Origin: Oscillospiraceae bacterium
GTDB lineage: Bacteria; Bacillota; Clostridia; Oscillospirales; UBA929
DNA length: 41,803 nt
Reading direction: 5' to 3'
NCBI GenBank assembly: GCA_031289065.1
Contig: JAITQI010000084.1
Coordinates: forward strand, 1-41,803
Positions 23,052 to 32,557 of this stretch are shown one piece after another. A program made the translations under genes and the position numbers. Position 1 is the first letter of the stretch; each line of letters opens with the position of its first letter. The notes under the pieces were generated by a model that saw only the letters and a list, made by a program, of their open reading frames with translations, was not told the origin of the DNA and searched no databases.

Positions 23052-23990
23052 ATGGCCACTGCCACCGCTACCGCCACCAAGTCCGGAACCGCCGACATCC
23101 TTTTGGAGAGCGGCACCAACGAATTGGAGATCATGGAGTTCACCATCAGCGGCAATGTCTTCGGCATCAATGTGGCCAAGGTGACCGAGATCATGAAATA
23201 TCTCCCGGTCAAGGCCATGCCCAACTCGCACCCCGACGTGGAGGGCATTTTTAAGCCGCGGAACATGATCATCACGGTCGTCAACCTGCCCACCTATCTG
23301 GGCTTGCCCACCCACGAGGAGACCGAGCGGGACATGTTCATCATCACCAGCTTCAATAAGATGAACGTCGCCTTCCACGTCCACACGGTGGAGGGCATTC
23401 ACCGCGTGTCCTGGAACGACATCGAAAAGCCGGACGCCACCATTTACGGCGGCGAGGAGGGCCTGGCCACCGGCATCGCCAAATTCCAGGGCAGGCTCAT
23501 CACCATCATCGACTTTGAAAAAATCGTCTTTGATATCAGCCCCCAGAGCGGCATCCAGCTCTCCGAGATCGCCCAGCTCGGTCCCCGGAACCGTTCTCTC
23601 AAACCGGTTCTCATCGCGGAGGACTCCACGCTACTCAAAAAGATGATCACCGAGGCGCTGCACGAGGCGGGGTACATGAACGTCCTGACCTTCGCCAACG
23701 GCCAGGAGGCCTGGGACGCGCTGCGGGAAATGCGGGACAGCGGGGTGCCCATCGAGGATCAGGCCAAGTGTCTGATCACCGACATCGAGATGCCCAAGAT
23801 GGACGGTCACCGCCTGACCAAGCTGGTCAAGGAGGACAAAATCCTCAACAAGGTGCCGGTCATCATCTTCTCCTCCCTCATCGACGAAGCCATGCGCAAC
23901 AAGGGCGCCGAACTGGGCGCCAACGCCCAGCTGTCCAAACCGGAGATCGGCAAGCTGGTGTCCACCGTGGATCAGTGGATTTTGGCCTGA
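23052..23990 (+). CDS. cheV: Chemotaxis protein CheV (CheW domain plus response-regulator receiver)
   Basis: AAGGAGG RBS. N-terminal CheW-like region (NELEIMEFTISGNVFGINVAKVTEI). C-terminal REC domain (LIAEDS..., ITDIEMPKMDG, SSL). Confidence 0.9.
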   Translation: MATATATATKSGTADILLESGTNELEIMEFTISGNVFGINVAKVTEIMKYLPVKAMPNSHPDVEGIFKPRNMIITVVNLPTYLGLPTHEETERDMFIITSFNKMNVAFHVHTVEGIHRVSWNDIEKPDATIYGGEEGLATGIAKFQGRLITIIDFEKIVFDISPQSGIQLSEIAQLGPRNRSLKPVLIAEDSTLLKKMITEALHEAGYMNVLTFANGQEAWDALREMRDSGVPIEDQAKCLITDIEMPKMDGHRLTKLVKEDKILNKVPVIIFSSLIDEAMRNKGAELGANAQLSKPEIGKLVSTVDQWILA

Positions 23991-24011
23991 AGAAGGCAGA
24001 AAACAAACGAC

Positions 24012-24050
24012 AGAGGACAGAACCGGCGTGGGCGGTTCTGTCCTCTTTTA
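24012..24050 (+). terminator. Intrinsic terminator after cheV
   Basis: AGAGGACAGAACCG / CGGTTCTGTCCTCT stem followed by TTTTA. The stem uses the GAGGACAGA motif family. Confidence 0.8.
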
Positions 24051-24103
24051 TGGCAACGTATCGAACGCTTTTTGTCAAGGCTGAGATTGCCGAAATTGAG
24101 AGG

Positions 24104-24135
24104 GCGGAACCGGGATTCCCGGTTCCGCTCTTTTA
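24104..24135. terminator. Hairpin immediately 3' of the esterase gene (bidirectional)
   Basis: GCGGAACCGGG-ATT-CCCGGTTCCGC followed by TCTTTTATT. It abuts the minus-strand stop at 24133. Confidence 0.6.
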
Positions 24136-26019
24136 TTGTATGTCCGGGTGGTAGGTTATGGGGGTGTCGGCGTCGAAGGGGACGGCGGGGAGGCCGGCGC
24201 TGTTTATGAGATTGGCGTCGTGAGGGTCGTTTTTCCAGGCGTAGCGCACTGCCCGGATGGGTTGGGCGGCGGGGCAGGAGACGCGGACGGTGTCGCCGTG
24301 GATTTCGGCGCTGGCGGGGTAGAAGGGGCCGGAAGGGCCCCGGGCGGTGAAGCCCCCCAGGGGCGCGCCGTCTCTTGTCCCCAGGCCGTCGGCGGCGCGG
24401 AAGCGCAGCACCGCCTTGTCCCCCAGGGATTCCAGGCCATCAAACAGGGGGCCTGAGGCCACAATGTCCTCCCCGTAGGCCAGGCGGGCGGCCCAGCGGG
24501 CCAGCCGGTCGCCCACCGCTTTTTTGTTGAGAGGATGCAGATCGTTGCCCTCCCCCACGTCGGCGGCGACCGCCAACCCTATGCCGGGCAGGGAGAGCGC
24601 CCGGCGTTGCTGTTCCCGCAATTCGGGCCAATCCTGCCCGGCGTTTTCGTCGTCCTGATAGTTGGCCAGCTGGACGGTCAAAACAGGCAGATCCGCCCGG
24701 CCCCACAGGGCCCGCCAGCCGGACACCATGGCGGAAAACCGCTGAAAATACCCCTCGGGCCGGTTTGTGTTGGATTCGCCCTGGTACCAGAGCGCGCCCT
24801 TGAGAGCCCAGGGGGCCAAGGGGGCGATCATGGCGTTGTAAAGCCCGGTGGGGACATAGATGAAGGGGACGGAGCTGGGGGCCGACCCGCAGACGGCGGC
24901 CCGGCGGACCTTCCAGCCGTCCTCCAGGTCGATGTCAAAGCCGTCCCACAGGAGTTTGTGAGGTTTCCCGGCGACAAACCGCCCCGCCCCGACGAGGGAC
25001 AGCACCCGCATGGCGATGACGTTGCGGCCGGGGACGAGGGCTCCGTCCGCTCCGGACAGGGCATAGTCCCGGGGGGGATAGCGGTAGGAGACGCCTCCCA
25101 CGAGATGGCCGTTGACGTAGGTCTGGTCGCCGTTTACGACGCACCCCAAAAACAGCCGAGCGGGTTTTCCGGCCCACGCCTCGGGGACATAGACCTCCCG
25201 GCGCAGCCAGACCGATCCACAGTCCCGCAGGGCGGCGCAGTCGGTCAGGGCGGTGTCTGCCCAGGCGTCGTCGTCGTAGCCCGGATCGTACCAGCGCTCC
25301 GTCAGGCCGGGGTCGGCGGCGTCCAATTGGGCGTACCAGTCGGCTTCGGCCTGTTGGTCATGGGCGATTTGTTGGGCGACGGCGTCGTCGTCCCGCCAGC
25401 GGTCGGCGGCGGCCCATTCTTCCGGCCAGGGGGCGAGGGCCTCCCGGCTCATCCAGGCCTCCAGGGGCGTCCCCCCCGCCGCCGACAGGATGAGCCCCAC
25501 CGGCACGCCGTACCGGGCGCGGAGGGCTTTGGCGAAAAAGTAGCCCACCCCGGAAAATTCCGGGACGGTGTCCGGCGAGAGAGCCTGCCAAGCCCCGCCG
25601 GGCAGGTCGCCCCGGGGGGCGTGAAAGTCGTATTCAATGGGCACGGTGAACTGCCGCACCAAGGGGTCGGCGGCCCGGAGCTCATCGGGACAGGCGTACT
25701 TGATCCGGCGCATGGGCAGCTGCATGTTGGACTGCCCGGAGCACAGCCACACGTCCCCGGCCAGCACATCCCGGACGAGGACGGTTTCGTCCCCGGACGC
25801 GACGGTCAGCGTCCACGGCCCCCCGGCGGCCCGGGGGGACAGGGCCAAGGCCCAGCGACCCTCGCCGTCGGCCCGGGCGTCGCGGGTCTCTCCGTCCAGG
25901 CTCACACGGACGGCCGCCCCCGGCGCGGCGCGGCCCCAGATCCGGACGGGCGCGTCCCGCTGCACCACCATGCCCGAGGAAAACAGAACGGGAAGGGAAA
26001 GCATCGGCTGTGTAGACAT
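24133..26019 (-). CDS. SASA-family carbohydrate O-acetylesterase (sialate O-acetylesterase-like), cytoplasmic
   Basis: GDVWLCSGQSNMQLPM catalytic-serine motif. WYQGESN second block. GGGAGG RBS 8 nt before the ATG at 26019. No signal peptide. Confidence 0.85.
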   Translation of the reverse strand: MSTQPMLSLPVLFSSGMVVQRDAPVRIWGRAAPGAAVRVSLDGETRDARADGEGRWALALSPRAAGGPWTLTVASGDETVLVRDVLAGDVWLCSGQSNMQLPMRRIKYACPDELRAADPLVRQFTVPIEYDFHAPRGDLPGGAWQALSPDTVPEFSGVGYFFAKALRARYGVPVGLILSAAGGTPLEAWMSREALAPWPEEWAAADRWRDDDAVAQQIAHDQQAEADWYAQLDAADPGLTERWYDPGYDDDAWADTALTDCAALRDCGSVWLRREVYVPEAWAGKPARLFLGCVVNGDQTYVNGHLVGGVSYRYPPRDYALSGADGALVPGRNVIAMRVLSLVGAGRFVAGKPHKLLWDGFDIDLEDGWKVRRAAVCGSAPSSVPFIYVPTGLYNAMIAPLAPWALKGALWYQGESNTNRPEGYFQRFSAMVSGWRALWGRADLPVLTVQLANYQDDENAGQDWPELREQQRRALSLPGIGLAVAADVGEGNDLHPLNKKAVGDRLARWAARLAYGEDIVASGPLFDGLESLGDKAVLRFRAADGLGTRDGAPLGGFTARGPSGPFYPASAEIHGDTVRVSCPAAQPIRAVRYAWKNDPHDANLINSAGLPAVPFDADTPITYHPDIQ

Positions 26020-26073
26020 TGGCGCAACCTCCCATGTGAGATGACGGGGGTCAAGATACGAATGAAACCATTG

Positions 26074-26907
26074 TCAATTGCCGCCGCTATTACCGCCTCC
26101 GGCGGTTGGCGGGGGCGGCGGGGCGGTTGTGTCGCCGGTGCCGCAGTAGGAGGGGGGGTAGCCCTTGACGCGGTGGAAGACCCGGCTGAAGTAGGAGGCG
26201 TCCACGAAGCCGCAGGCGGCGGAGGCGTCCCGGACGGTGCAGCCGCCGTTTTTGAGGAGGCCCGCGGCGTGGGTGATCCGGGCCTCGGTGATGTACTGGC
26301 GAATCGACATGCCGACGCTCTCCTTAAACAGGACGCCCAGGTAGGCCTTTTGCAGCCGGGCATAGCGGGCCAGGTCGTCCAGGGTGATGTTCTCGGCGAA
26401 GTGTTCGGAGATGTACCGCATGACGTTGCGAATCCGGGGATCGGTGGGCTGAATGTCCTTATATGTCAGCAGCTCAAAATAGCGGTGCAAAATCAGCATG
26501 AGCAGCGCCCGCACCCGGAGCGGGCCCCCGGGGCGCTTCTCCAGATACGCCACATTGAGCTTTTGGTAGAGATCCAAAATGTCAGGATAGAGCTTCAGGC
26601 GGCTGACCGGGGGGAAGGGCAGCGTCTGTTCGGCGCCGTCGAGGCCGGTGAGCTTGAAGTTCACGTCGTAGCACTGCATGAGGTCGCCGGGGCAGGTGTC
26701 GGCGGAGCGCTCGACGTTCCGGGGGATGCAAATCAGGTCGCCCCTGTCCACCTCGTAGGTCTTCCGGCCGATGGTGTACCAGGCCTTGCCGTCGGTGATC
26801 AGGGACAGGTCGATGGCGTCGAGGTTGTTCCTGGCCATGTGCCAGCTGGGGGTCGTCTTGCGCCGGACAAAGTAGCCGACGTGGGGGATCAGATCGTCGT
26901 AGGACAT
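26074..26907 (-). CDS. AraC-family transcriptional regulator (cupin sensor plus HTH_18)
   Basis: N-terminal cupin-like region (DRGDLICIPRNVERS) and a C-terminal AraC HTH (ITLDDLARYARLQKAYLGVLFKESVGMSIRQYITEARI..A..LL). ATG at 26907 with a GGGAGG RBS. Ends ..GGN-stop in CAATTGACAATGG. Confidence 0.85.
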   Translation of the reverse strand: MSYDDLIPHVGYFVRRKTTPSWHMARNNLDAIDLSLITDGKAWYTIGRKTYEVDRGDLICIPRNVERSADTCPGDLMQCYDVNFKLTGLDGAEQTLPFPPVSRLKLYPDILDLYQKLNVAYLEKRPGGPLRVRALLMLILHRYFELLTYKDIQPTDPRIRNVMRYISEHFAENITLDDLARYARLQKAYLGVLFKESVGMSIRQYITEARITHAAGLLKNGGCTVRDASAACGFVDASYFSRVFHRVKGYPPSYCGTGDTTAPPPPPTAGGGNSGGN

Positions 26908-27280
26908 CCTTGCTCGCCTCCCGGAGAAAAACGGTTTATGTATACAGTGTACCACAGGGCCAGGCGAAAATGCAAGGCGGGGAACCCCTCTCCGAACGGG
27001 AATATCCGCTTCCGTAAAAATTGATCGCGAATTTGTCCATGTTTTTCTCAGTTTGTTCATTTACTGCTGTGAACGCTTGTGATAATCTATATACGAAGCG
27101 AATTGTCTTTACATATCCATTTTTGTGCAAAACCACGATGATGAGGGGAAAGGAGAGATGGTGAACGCGGGAGACGCCTCTGCGCCCGTCGATATAGGCG
27201 AACGGAGGCCCTCCGGAAGGATTTGGCGAAGAAGAAAGCGTGTCTCAGCAAGTTATTATTTTGAAGGAGTGTCTGTCTGT

Positions 27281-30200
27281 ATGAAGAAGAGCAAAATTCT
27301 CGCGCTCGCGCTGTGCTTGGCGCTGGTTCTCAGCATCGTACCCCTGACGAGCCTGGCCGTGACCACTGCCGAACCCCCCGCCGGCACCGGCGCCCTGGAA
27401 GGCTGGCCCAGCGTTGACCAGTTGCCCCTGACCACCACCTTGCCCAACCCCTTTGAGTTCTTTAACATCGCGAACGATCCCAACGGCAACGGCGTCGTTG
27501 ACAACCCCACCACCGAGTGGGCCGCCCGCCGCGCCGAGATCAAAGAGCTCCTCCAGCGCTATTGGCTGGGCAACATCATCAAAACCCCCTATGAGGCCAC
27601 AAAGGGCGCTCTGTCCGGCAACAACCTCTCCATCACCATCACCGACACGGTCTACAGCGACGGCACCCCCCGCAGCTTCACCGCCACTGTCGCCATGCCG
27701 ACCTCCGCCCAGCGCATTGCCGCCTGGGGCAACGACACCGATCCGGTGCCGTTCATTATCGTTTCCGGCTCCGGCGGACTGCCGAGCCAGGTTACCCAAG
27801 GCTACGCCCTGGTGACCATCCCCAACACCAGCATCTATTCCGACAGCTCGGGCGTCACCTACAGCCGCACCGGCCTCTATGTCCAGCTGTACCCTTACAA
27901 CAAGAACAACTATACATACGCCTCCGGCGCGTTCGGCGCTTGGGCCTGGGCTGTCCAACGCCTGTTTGACGCCTTGGAGCAGAAACCCTCCAACGCCGCC
28001 ACCGACGACGACCGTACCCTTGGCCAAATCAAGGGCTTGGACATCACCCGTACCGCGGTCACCGGCCACTCCCGTTACGGCAAGGCCGCCCTCTTCGCGG
28101 GCGCGTTTGAAGACCGCATCGCCGTCTTCCTGCCCTCCGAGTCGGGCGGCTCCGGCCTCCAGGGCCACCGCTACCTGGCCGAAGGCAAAATCTTCAGCTT
28201 CAACATCACCGACCCGGTCTACACCGCCGCCGACCGCGTCATGGGCAAAGCCGAAAACGCCTCCGTGTCTTGGGGCGACGGCAACTCTTGGTTCCCCGAC
28301 ACCGCCGGCCTGTTCCTGGGTCAAGACGGCAAGTTCCCGTTTGACTCCTCCGACGTGGTCGCCCTGGCCGCCCCGAAGCCCTTCTACAGTGTGACTGGTA
28401 TCGACCTGCACTGGATGGGTACCGAAGGCGGATCCATGCCGCTGGTCGCCGCCCTGGAAGTCTATGACTATGTCGGCACCACCGAGCAAGAGAAAAACAA
28501 CATCGCCATCCGCGCCCGCCGCAGCAGCCACGCGTGGTACAACCGTGACACCGCCTTCGCGCTGGCCATCATGGACCGCGAATGGCAGCCCCTGCGCCAG
28601 GTCGCCTTTGAGGCCATCGACGCGGATCACGTGGGCCAGCTGAACGTCCAAGACTCGTATCCCACCAACAACTCCCTGCCCAACGGCAGCACCTATCCCG
28701 CCAAGCCCAACGGCTGGGACAACATCTCCGACTTCATCAACTATCCGTTCGACCTGTCCAGCTCCTACATGCCTTGGACCAGCCCGAACAAATACCTGCT
28801 GTGGACCGCGCAGGACTCCTTCCTGGTCGGCTATGCCCAGGTCATCACCGCCCACACCGACGCTTCGGCGGTCGTGCTGGTTCTCCCCGACGGAACGCTT
28901 ATCCCCGAAGCCAGCCGCGTGGGCGAAATCGTCTCCTTCAACATCACCGCCGAGCAGAGCGTGTACGGCCGCTATGAGCTGCGCACCGTCGGCGAAGACA
29001 AGATCAACCGCAGCGTGTACTTCTCCTCCATGAGCCTCAACGACGCCCTCCGCCACGGCGCCACCAAGGGCGACGAAGGCGAGGACAACCGCGTCGTCGG
29101 CTTCGCCTCCCGTTTGGCCAACGACCAAGCCGATCCCCCGAAGGTCTATGTCACCGGCGACGGCTGGCAGGAAGTCAGCTTCGCGGGCGTCCGCCAGATG
29201 GCCGGCAACACCGTGGGTCTGCCCGGCGTTGGCAAGATGGACTACGGCCTGTGGTTCCACGACTCCCTGTTCTATCGGATCGCCAGCAAGACCGGCGCCG
29301 ACGCGTGGGCCCTTGACAACAACCATACCTTCACCATCGCCAACCTGAAATTCGCCACCATCCCCGGCTTCGTGTTCCAGTATACCTTCGGCACCATCAC
29401 CGCCCAGACCGGCAGCTCCAGCCGTCCTGGTTCCGGCGGAGCCACCAACTTCACCCGCGCTCCCAGCTGGAACGCCCAACAGTACAACAACGGTCAGGCC
29501 GGCCCCGATTGGCCGATGATCCCGGATGTGTACTCTGAGCGCACCTCGGGCAAAGAGCACCGCGCCACCGGCCCCGCCAACTGGAAGAAGACCTCCAACT
29601 TCAACGCCGAGATCACCTTCGGCGACCTGACCTACGACCAAAGCGCAGAGACCTACGCCTTGGACATCTACTTCAGCGAAGCGATGAACAAGGGCGAGCT
29701 GGGCGTCGGGTTTGACGTCGCCGGCGCTTGGGAAACCGCTTGGGCCGCCGACGGCCAGACGGTCACGCTGACCATCGCCGCCGCCGACTACACCGCCGCC
29801 GACATCGCCAACCTGATCGTCTTCCACCTGGTTGACAACGGCGCTTCCAACTACGCCGCCACCAACCTCATGCAGGGCGCTCTGTACCAGAACCTGTTTG
29901 ACAAAACCCCGCTGCTTGCTCCCCTTGCGGACGGCGCCACCACCGCCGCCGGCGTGACGGATCGCACCGTTTACGCTGACGGAACCCTGGCTGCCTTCGA
30001 AGCCGCCCTCTTGGCCGCGCAGACTGTCTACGCGCAGGGCGCGCCCCTCCAGGCCGACATCGACGCCACCGCCGCTGCCCTGAAAGAAGCCATCGACAAC
30101 CTGGTCAAGAAGGGTACCGTTGCCCCGACGCTGGCCACCCCGGACAAAGTGACCATCAAAAAGGGCCGCACCGTTAAAGTCGAAATCGACTTCAACGGCG

Positions 30201-30373
30201 ACGCCAAGTACCTCGCTTACACCTCGGGCAACGCCGCCGTCGCCACCGTGGCCGGCACCGGCACCACCAACCTCACCGTCACCGGCGTGAAGGTCGGCAA
30301 CGCCCCCATTACCGTCCGGGCCACCGACGGCAGCGGACTGGTGAAAGTGTTCCTCGCCATCGTAACGGCTTAA
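27281..30373 (+). CDS. Secreted multidomain CE15-like glucuronoyl esterase with FIVAR-like and Big_2 C-terminal domains (1030 aa)
   Basis: Signal peptide MKKSKILALALCLALVLSIVPLTSLA. TGHSRYGKAALFAGAFEDRIAVFLPSESGGSG matches the bacterial CE15 G-(C/H)-S-R-x-G-K serine motif. C-terminal Ig-like segment (TVTGVKVGNAPITVRATDGSG). Confidence 0.8.
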   Translation: MKKSKILALALCLALVLSIVPLTSLAVTTAEPPAGTGALEGWPSVDQLPLTTTLPNPFEFFNIANDPNGNGVVDNPTTEWAARRAEIKELLQRYWLGNIIKTPYEATKGALSGNNLSITITDTVYSDGTPRSFTATVAMPTSAQRIAAWGNDTDPVPFIIVSGSGGLPSQVTQGYALVTIPNTSIYSDSSGVTYSRTGLYVQLYPYNKNNYTYASGAFGAWAWAVQRLFDALEQKPSNAATDDDRTLGQIKGLDITRTAVTGHSRYGKAALFAGAFEDRIAVFLPSESGGSGLQGHRYLAEGKIFSFNITDPVYTAADRVMGKAENASVSWGDGNSWFPDTAGLFLGQDGKFPFDSSDVVALAAPKPFYSVTGIDLHWMGTEGGSMPLVAALEVYDYVGTTEQEKNNIAIRARRSSHAWYNRDTAFALAIMDREWQPLRQVAFEAIDADHVGQLNVQDSYPTNNSLPNGSTYPAKPNGWDNISDFINYPFDLSSSYMPWTSPNKYLLWTAQDSFLVGYAQVITAHTDASAVVLVLPDGTLIPEASRVGEIVSFNITAEQSVYGRYELRTVGEDKINRSVYFSSMSLNDALRHGATKGDEGEDNRVVGFASRLANDQADPPKVYVTGDGWQEVSFAGVRQMAGNTVGLPGVGKMDYGLWFHDSLFYRIASKTGADAWALDNNHTFTIANLKFATIPGFVFQYTFGTITAQTGSSSRPGSGGATNFTRAPSWNAQQYNNGQAGPDWPMIPDVYSERTSGKEHRATGPANWKKTSNFNAEITFGDLTYDQSAETYALDIYFSEAMNKGELGVGFDVAGAWETAWAADGQTVTLTIAAADYTAADIANLIVFHLVDNGASNYAATNLMQGALYQNLFDKTPLLAPLADGATTAAGVTDRTVYADGTLAAFEAALLAAQTVYAQGAPLQADIDATAAALKEAIDNLVKKGTVAPTLATPDKVTIKKGRTVKVEIDFNGDAKYLAYTSGNAAVATVAGTGTTNLTVTGVKVGNAPITVRATDGSGLVKVFLAIVTA

Positions 30374-30400
30374 TTCTTCCTTCTTTCCCCTCATATTAAC

Positions 30401-30442
30401 CCCGAAGGCCCGGCGCTTCTGGTGAAGCGCCGGGCCTTCGGG
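30401..30442. terminator. 19-bp perfect hairpin between the convergent CE15 gene and bofA
   Basis: CCCGAAGGCCCGGCGCTTC-TGGT-GAAGCGCCGGGCCTTCGGG. It lacks a clear U-tract. Confidence 0.55.
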
Positions 30443-30457
30443 CGTGGAGGGGGGGCT

Positions 30458-30724
30458 TTACATCACCCGCAGCAGGAGCAGCAGGGCGAAGCCGGGGAGG
30501 CCCAGCAAGGCGACGACGGCGGCGTTGAGCAGGTTGAGGCCCAGCTCGACGTGCAGCCCCAAGGCCGGGGCGGCCAAGTTGAACACCAGCAGCCCGGCGA
30601 AGCCCAGGGCCGTGTTCAGCAGCACCTTGAACACCCGGCGCACGGGGGCTGTAAACAGCCGCAGGGCCGCCAGCAGAAGGGCCAGGCCGCAGCCCCCGAT
30701 AAGTAACTGTTGGGTCAGCGTCAC
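30458..30724 (-). CDS. bofA: Pro-sigma-K processing inhibitor BofA
   Basis: An 88-aa two-TM protein with GFAGLLVFNL...LGLNLLNA..VALLGLPG, typical of BofA. Sits downstream of a yaaL-like gene, as in Bacillus. Confidence 0.8.
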   Translation of the reverse strand: MTLTQQLLIGGCGLALLLAALRLFTAPVRRVFKVLLNTALGFAGLLVFNLAAPALGLHVELGLNLLNAAVVALLGLPGFALLLLLRVM

Positions 30725-30755
30725 GTGTTTTCACTCTCCCAACCGGCGTGGCCGG

Positions 30756-31052
30756 TTATGTCTCCGCCGCCTGGCGATGCCGGGCCGGGTCGGAGGGCCG
30801 GACGGCGGCGCTGGCTGTGGTCTCGCACTGTAATTCCTTGGCCACCCGGAGATAATAGGCGTACCGGGACTGCAGGGCGTTGATTTGGAAGACCGCCGCC
30901 TCCACCAGCTCCGGTTCCCGGGCGTTGTTGAAGGAGTCCCGGGCGGCTCTGAGGTCTTCCCGGGTCTGCCTCATGCCCTCCAGGATCTCGCGCTTTTCCT
31001 GTTCCCCGGCCGCGTCGGACTTTTTGGCGGAGGGAAAGATCGCCAGCGTCAT
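30756..31052 (-). CDS. DUF2508 (YaaL-like) protein
   Basis: REDLRAARDSFNNAREPELVEAAVFQINALQSRYAYYLRVAKE fits DUF2508. I chose the ATG at 31052 (AGGTGG RBS 8 nt upstream) over the GTG at 31073. Confidence 0.75.
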   Translation of the reverse strand: MTLAIFPSAKKSDAAGEQEKREILEGMRQTREDLRAARDSFNNAREPELVEAAVFQINALQSRYAYYLRVAKELQCETTASAAVRPSDPARHRQAAET

Positions 31053-31521
31053 GTTTTGCACCACCTGTTTCACGATTTACCCGCATGTGCCGTTCTCGCC
31101 ATACAGGTATATTCTCATTGTGGACAATTCATGCCGCCGGTATGCACTGTTTTTACCAGAAATTAGGCGACGAATCCGTTCAGAGATTCCTTGGCGGTTT
31201 TGCCGGAATGCGGCAGGCCGTCCGGCGCATATCGGCGGCTGACCGGGACAAACTATGCTCGGACACTCCGAAGCGCCAAAATCGTTTTCAGGCCGGTGCC
31301 GGTGTTGATAACACAATACCTCAGGCGGAAGGCTAAAACGAATACGGCGGAAAAACGTTCCGCTCACAGGCTTCGACAAAAGAAACCCGGATTCGGCGCG
31401 CAGCGAAGCGGCGCGATCCGCGATGTGCAAATCCGCGCAGCCAACAGAACCCGGGCACAATGCGGAGCGGCAAAACCGCCCGGCAAGGAGTGCCAAGCGC
31501 TTCACGCGAACGCGTGAGGGC

Positions 31522-31575
31522 GCGCAAACACAAAGGTTCCCCGCCCATGTGGGCGAGGAACCTTTGTGTTTGCGC
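31522..31575. terminator. Long hairpin 3' of degV
   Basis: 19-bp perfect stem GCGCAAACACAAAGGTTCC / GGAACCTTTGTGTTTGCGC enclosing an inner palindrome CGCCCATGTGGGCG. No U-tract. Confidence 0.45.
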
Positions 31576-31590
31576 CATTGACAATTAAAA

Positions 31591-32448
31591 TTACGCAGTC
31601 AGAAACAGAACCCCCAGCGTCCGTGGGCCGCAGTGGCTGGCGATGGTGCCGGAGGCGTCGGTGACGTGGATGTGTTTGAAGGCGGCGTATTTTTGGATTT
31701 CGGCCCTGACCAGCTCGATGTCGCTCTGGGGGCTACAGGCCTGGGTGATGAACACGTGGTCCAAGTCCAGGTCGTCCCGCCCGGACAGCTGATCCCGGAC
31801 ATATTCGGCCAGCACTTTTTCCATCGCGCCGCGGTATTTTTTGCCCACGCTCATCAGCCCGGCATTGTGGTTGTCCACCCGGATGCAGGGCTTGAGCTTG
31901 AGCAAATTGGCCCCGAAGGCGGCCACCGCCCCGCAGCGCCCGCCGGCCGCCATGAACTCCAGCGTGTCCAGCACAAAGCTGGCCGAGCTCTTCTCCCGCA
32001 GTCGGATGAGCTCCCGTTGGGCCTCGGGGGCGCTCAGGCCGGCTTCCAGCAGTTCCCCGGCCTTGACCACCAGCAACCCCACGCCGGTGGACAGGCTGGC
32101 CGAATCCACCAAGTGGATGTGCCCCAGCTCCTGGGCCACCAACAGGCAGTTCTGGTGGGCCGAAGACAGGCCGGAGCCCAGGTTGATATGGAGAACCTCG
32201 TAGCCCTCCTCCACCCAGCCCCGGAAAAAGGCGGCGTAGTCCTCCGGCGTAATGGCGGCGGTTTTGGGCAGGATGCCCTCCTCCCGCCAAAGCCGGAAAA
32301 TCTCCTGCGTGGAAATGTCCACACGGTCTGTGTACGTCTTTTCCCCGATTTGAATATGTGAGTCGAAGAACCGAACGTCATACCGCTGTTGCAGCGCGGG
32401 GCCGATGTCGCAGGTGCTGTCGGCGCTGAGAATGATCTTGCCGCTCAC
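31591..32448 (-). CDS. DegV family fatty-acid-binding protein
   Basis: IILSADSTCDI at the N-terminus and the LSS / GTLG-type core. I prefer the GTG at 32448 (AAAGGAG RBS 8 nt upstream) over the GTG at 32457. Confidence 0.9.
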   Translation of the reverse strand: MSGKIILSADSTCDIGPALQQRYDVRFFDSHIQIGEKTYTDRVDISTQEIFRLWREEGILPKTAAITPEDYAAFFRGWVEEGYEVLHINLGSGLSSAHQNCLLVAQELGHIHLVDSASLSTGVGLLVVKAGELLEAGLSAPEAQRELIRLREKSSASFVLDTLEFMAAGGRCGAVAAFGANLLKLKPCIRVDNHNAGLMSVGKKYRGAMEKVLAEYVRDQLSGRDDLDLDHVFITQACSPQSDIELVRAEIQKYAAFKHIHVTDASGTIASHCGPRTLGVLFLTA

Positions 32449-32557
32449 GCGTTTCACTCCTTTGTGAACATAAATACGCCCACCACAATAGTATACTTGA
32501 AATCGGAGAAAATGTCAAAAAGTTGTCACGCGCCGGGGCTGTCGCCTGGGGAATGTG

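Noticed and set aside
24535-27024. 829-aa plus-strand ORF across the esterase and AraC genes
   Set aside because: It lies antisense to two well-supported minus-strand CDS. The translation is G/P/V/A-rich without domains.
27125-27280. N-terminal extensions offered by the ORF track (here CE15; also 3113..4612, 9084, 10974, 20168, 26908..27060, 18282, 37149)
   Set aside because: In each case an internal start has a proper RBS and yields a family-typical N-terminus or signal peptide. The extensions cross promoters or are not protein-like.
27245-30394. 1049-aa minus-strand ORF antisense to the CE15-like gene
   Set aside because: Gly/Val/Ala-rich antisense artefact. The plus frame has a signal peptide, a catalytic motif and Ig-like domains.
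31077-31505. 142-aa ORF and a possible SRP RNA (CAGGCGGAAGGC) in the degV-yaaL spacer
   Set aside because: The ORF is Cys/Arg-rich without an RBS. The GGAA loop would be closed by a G-G mismatch, and the flanking conserved SRP bases are absent.
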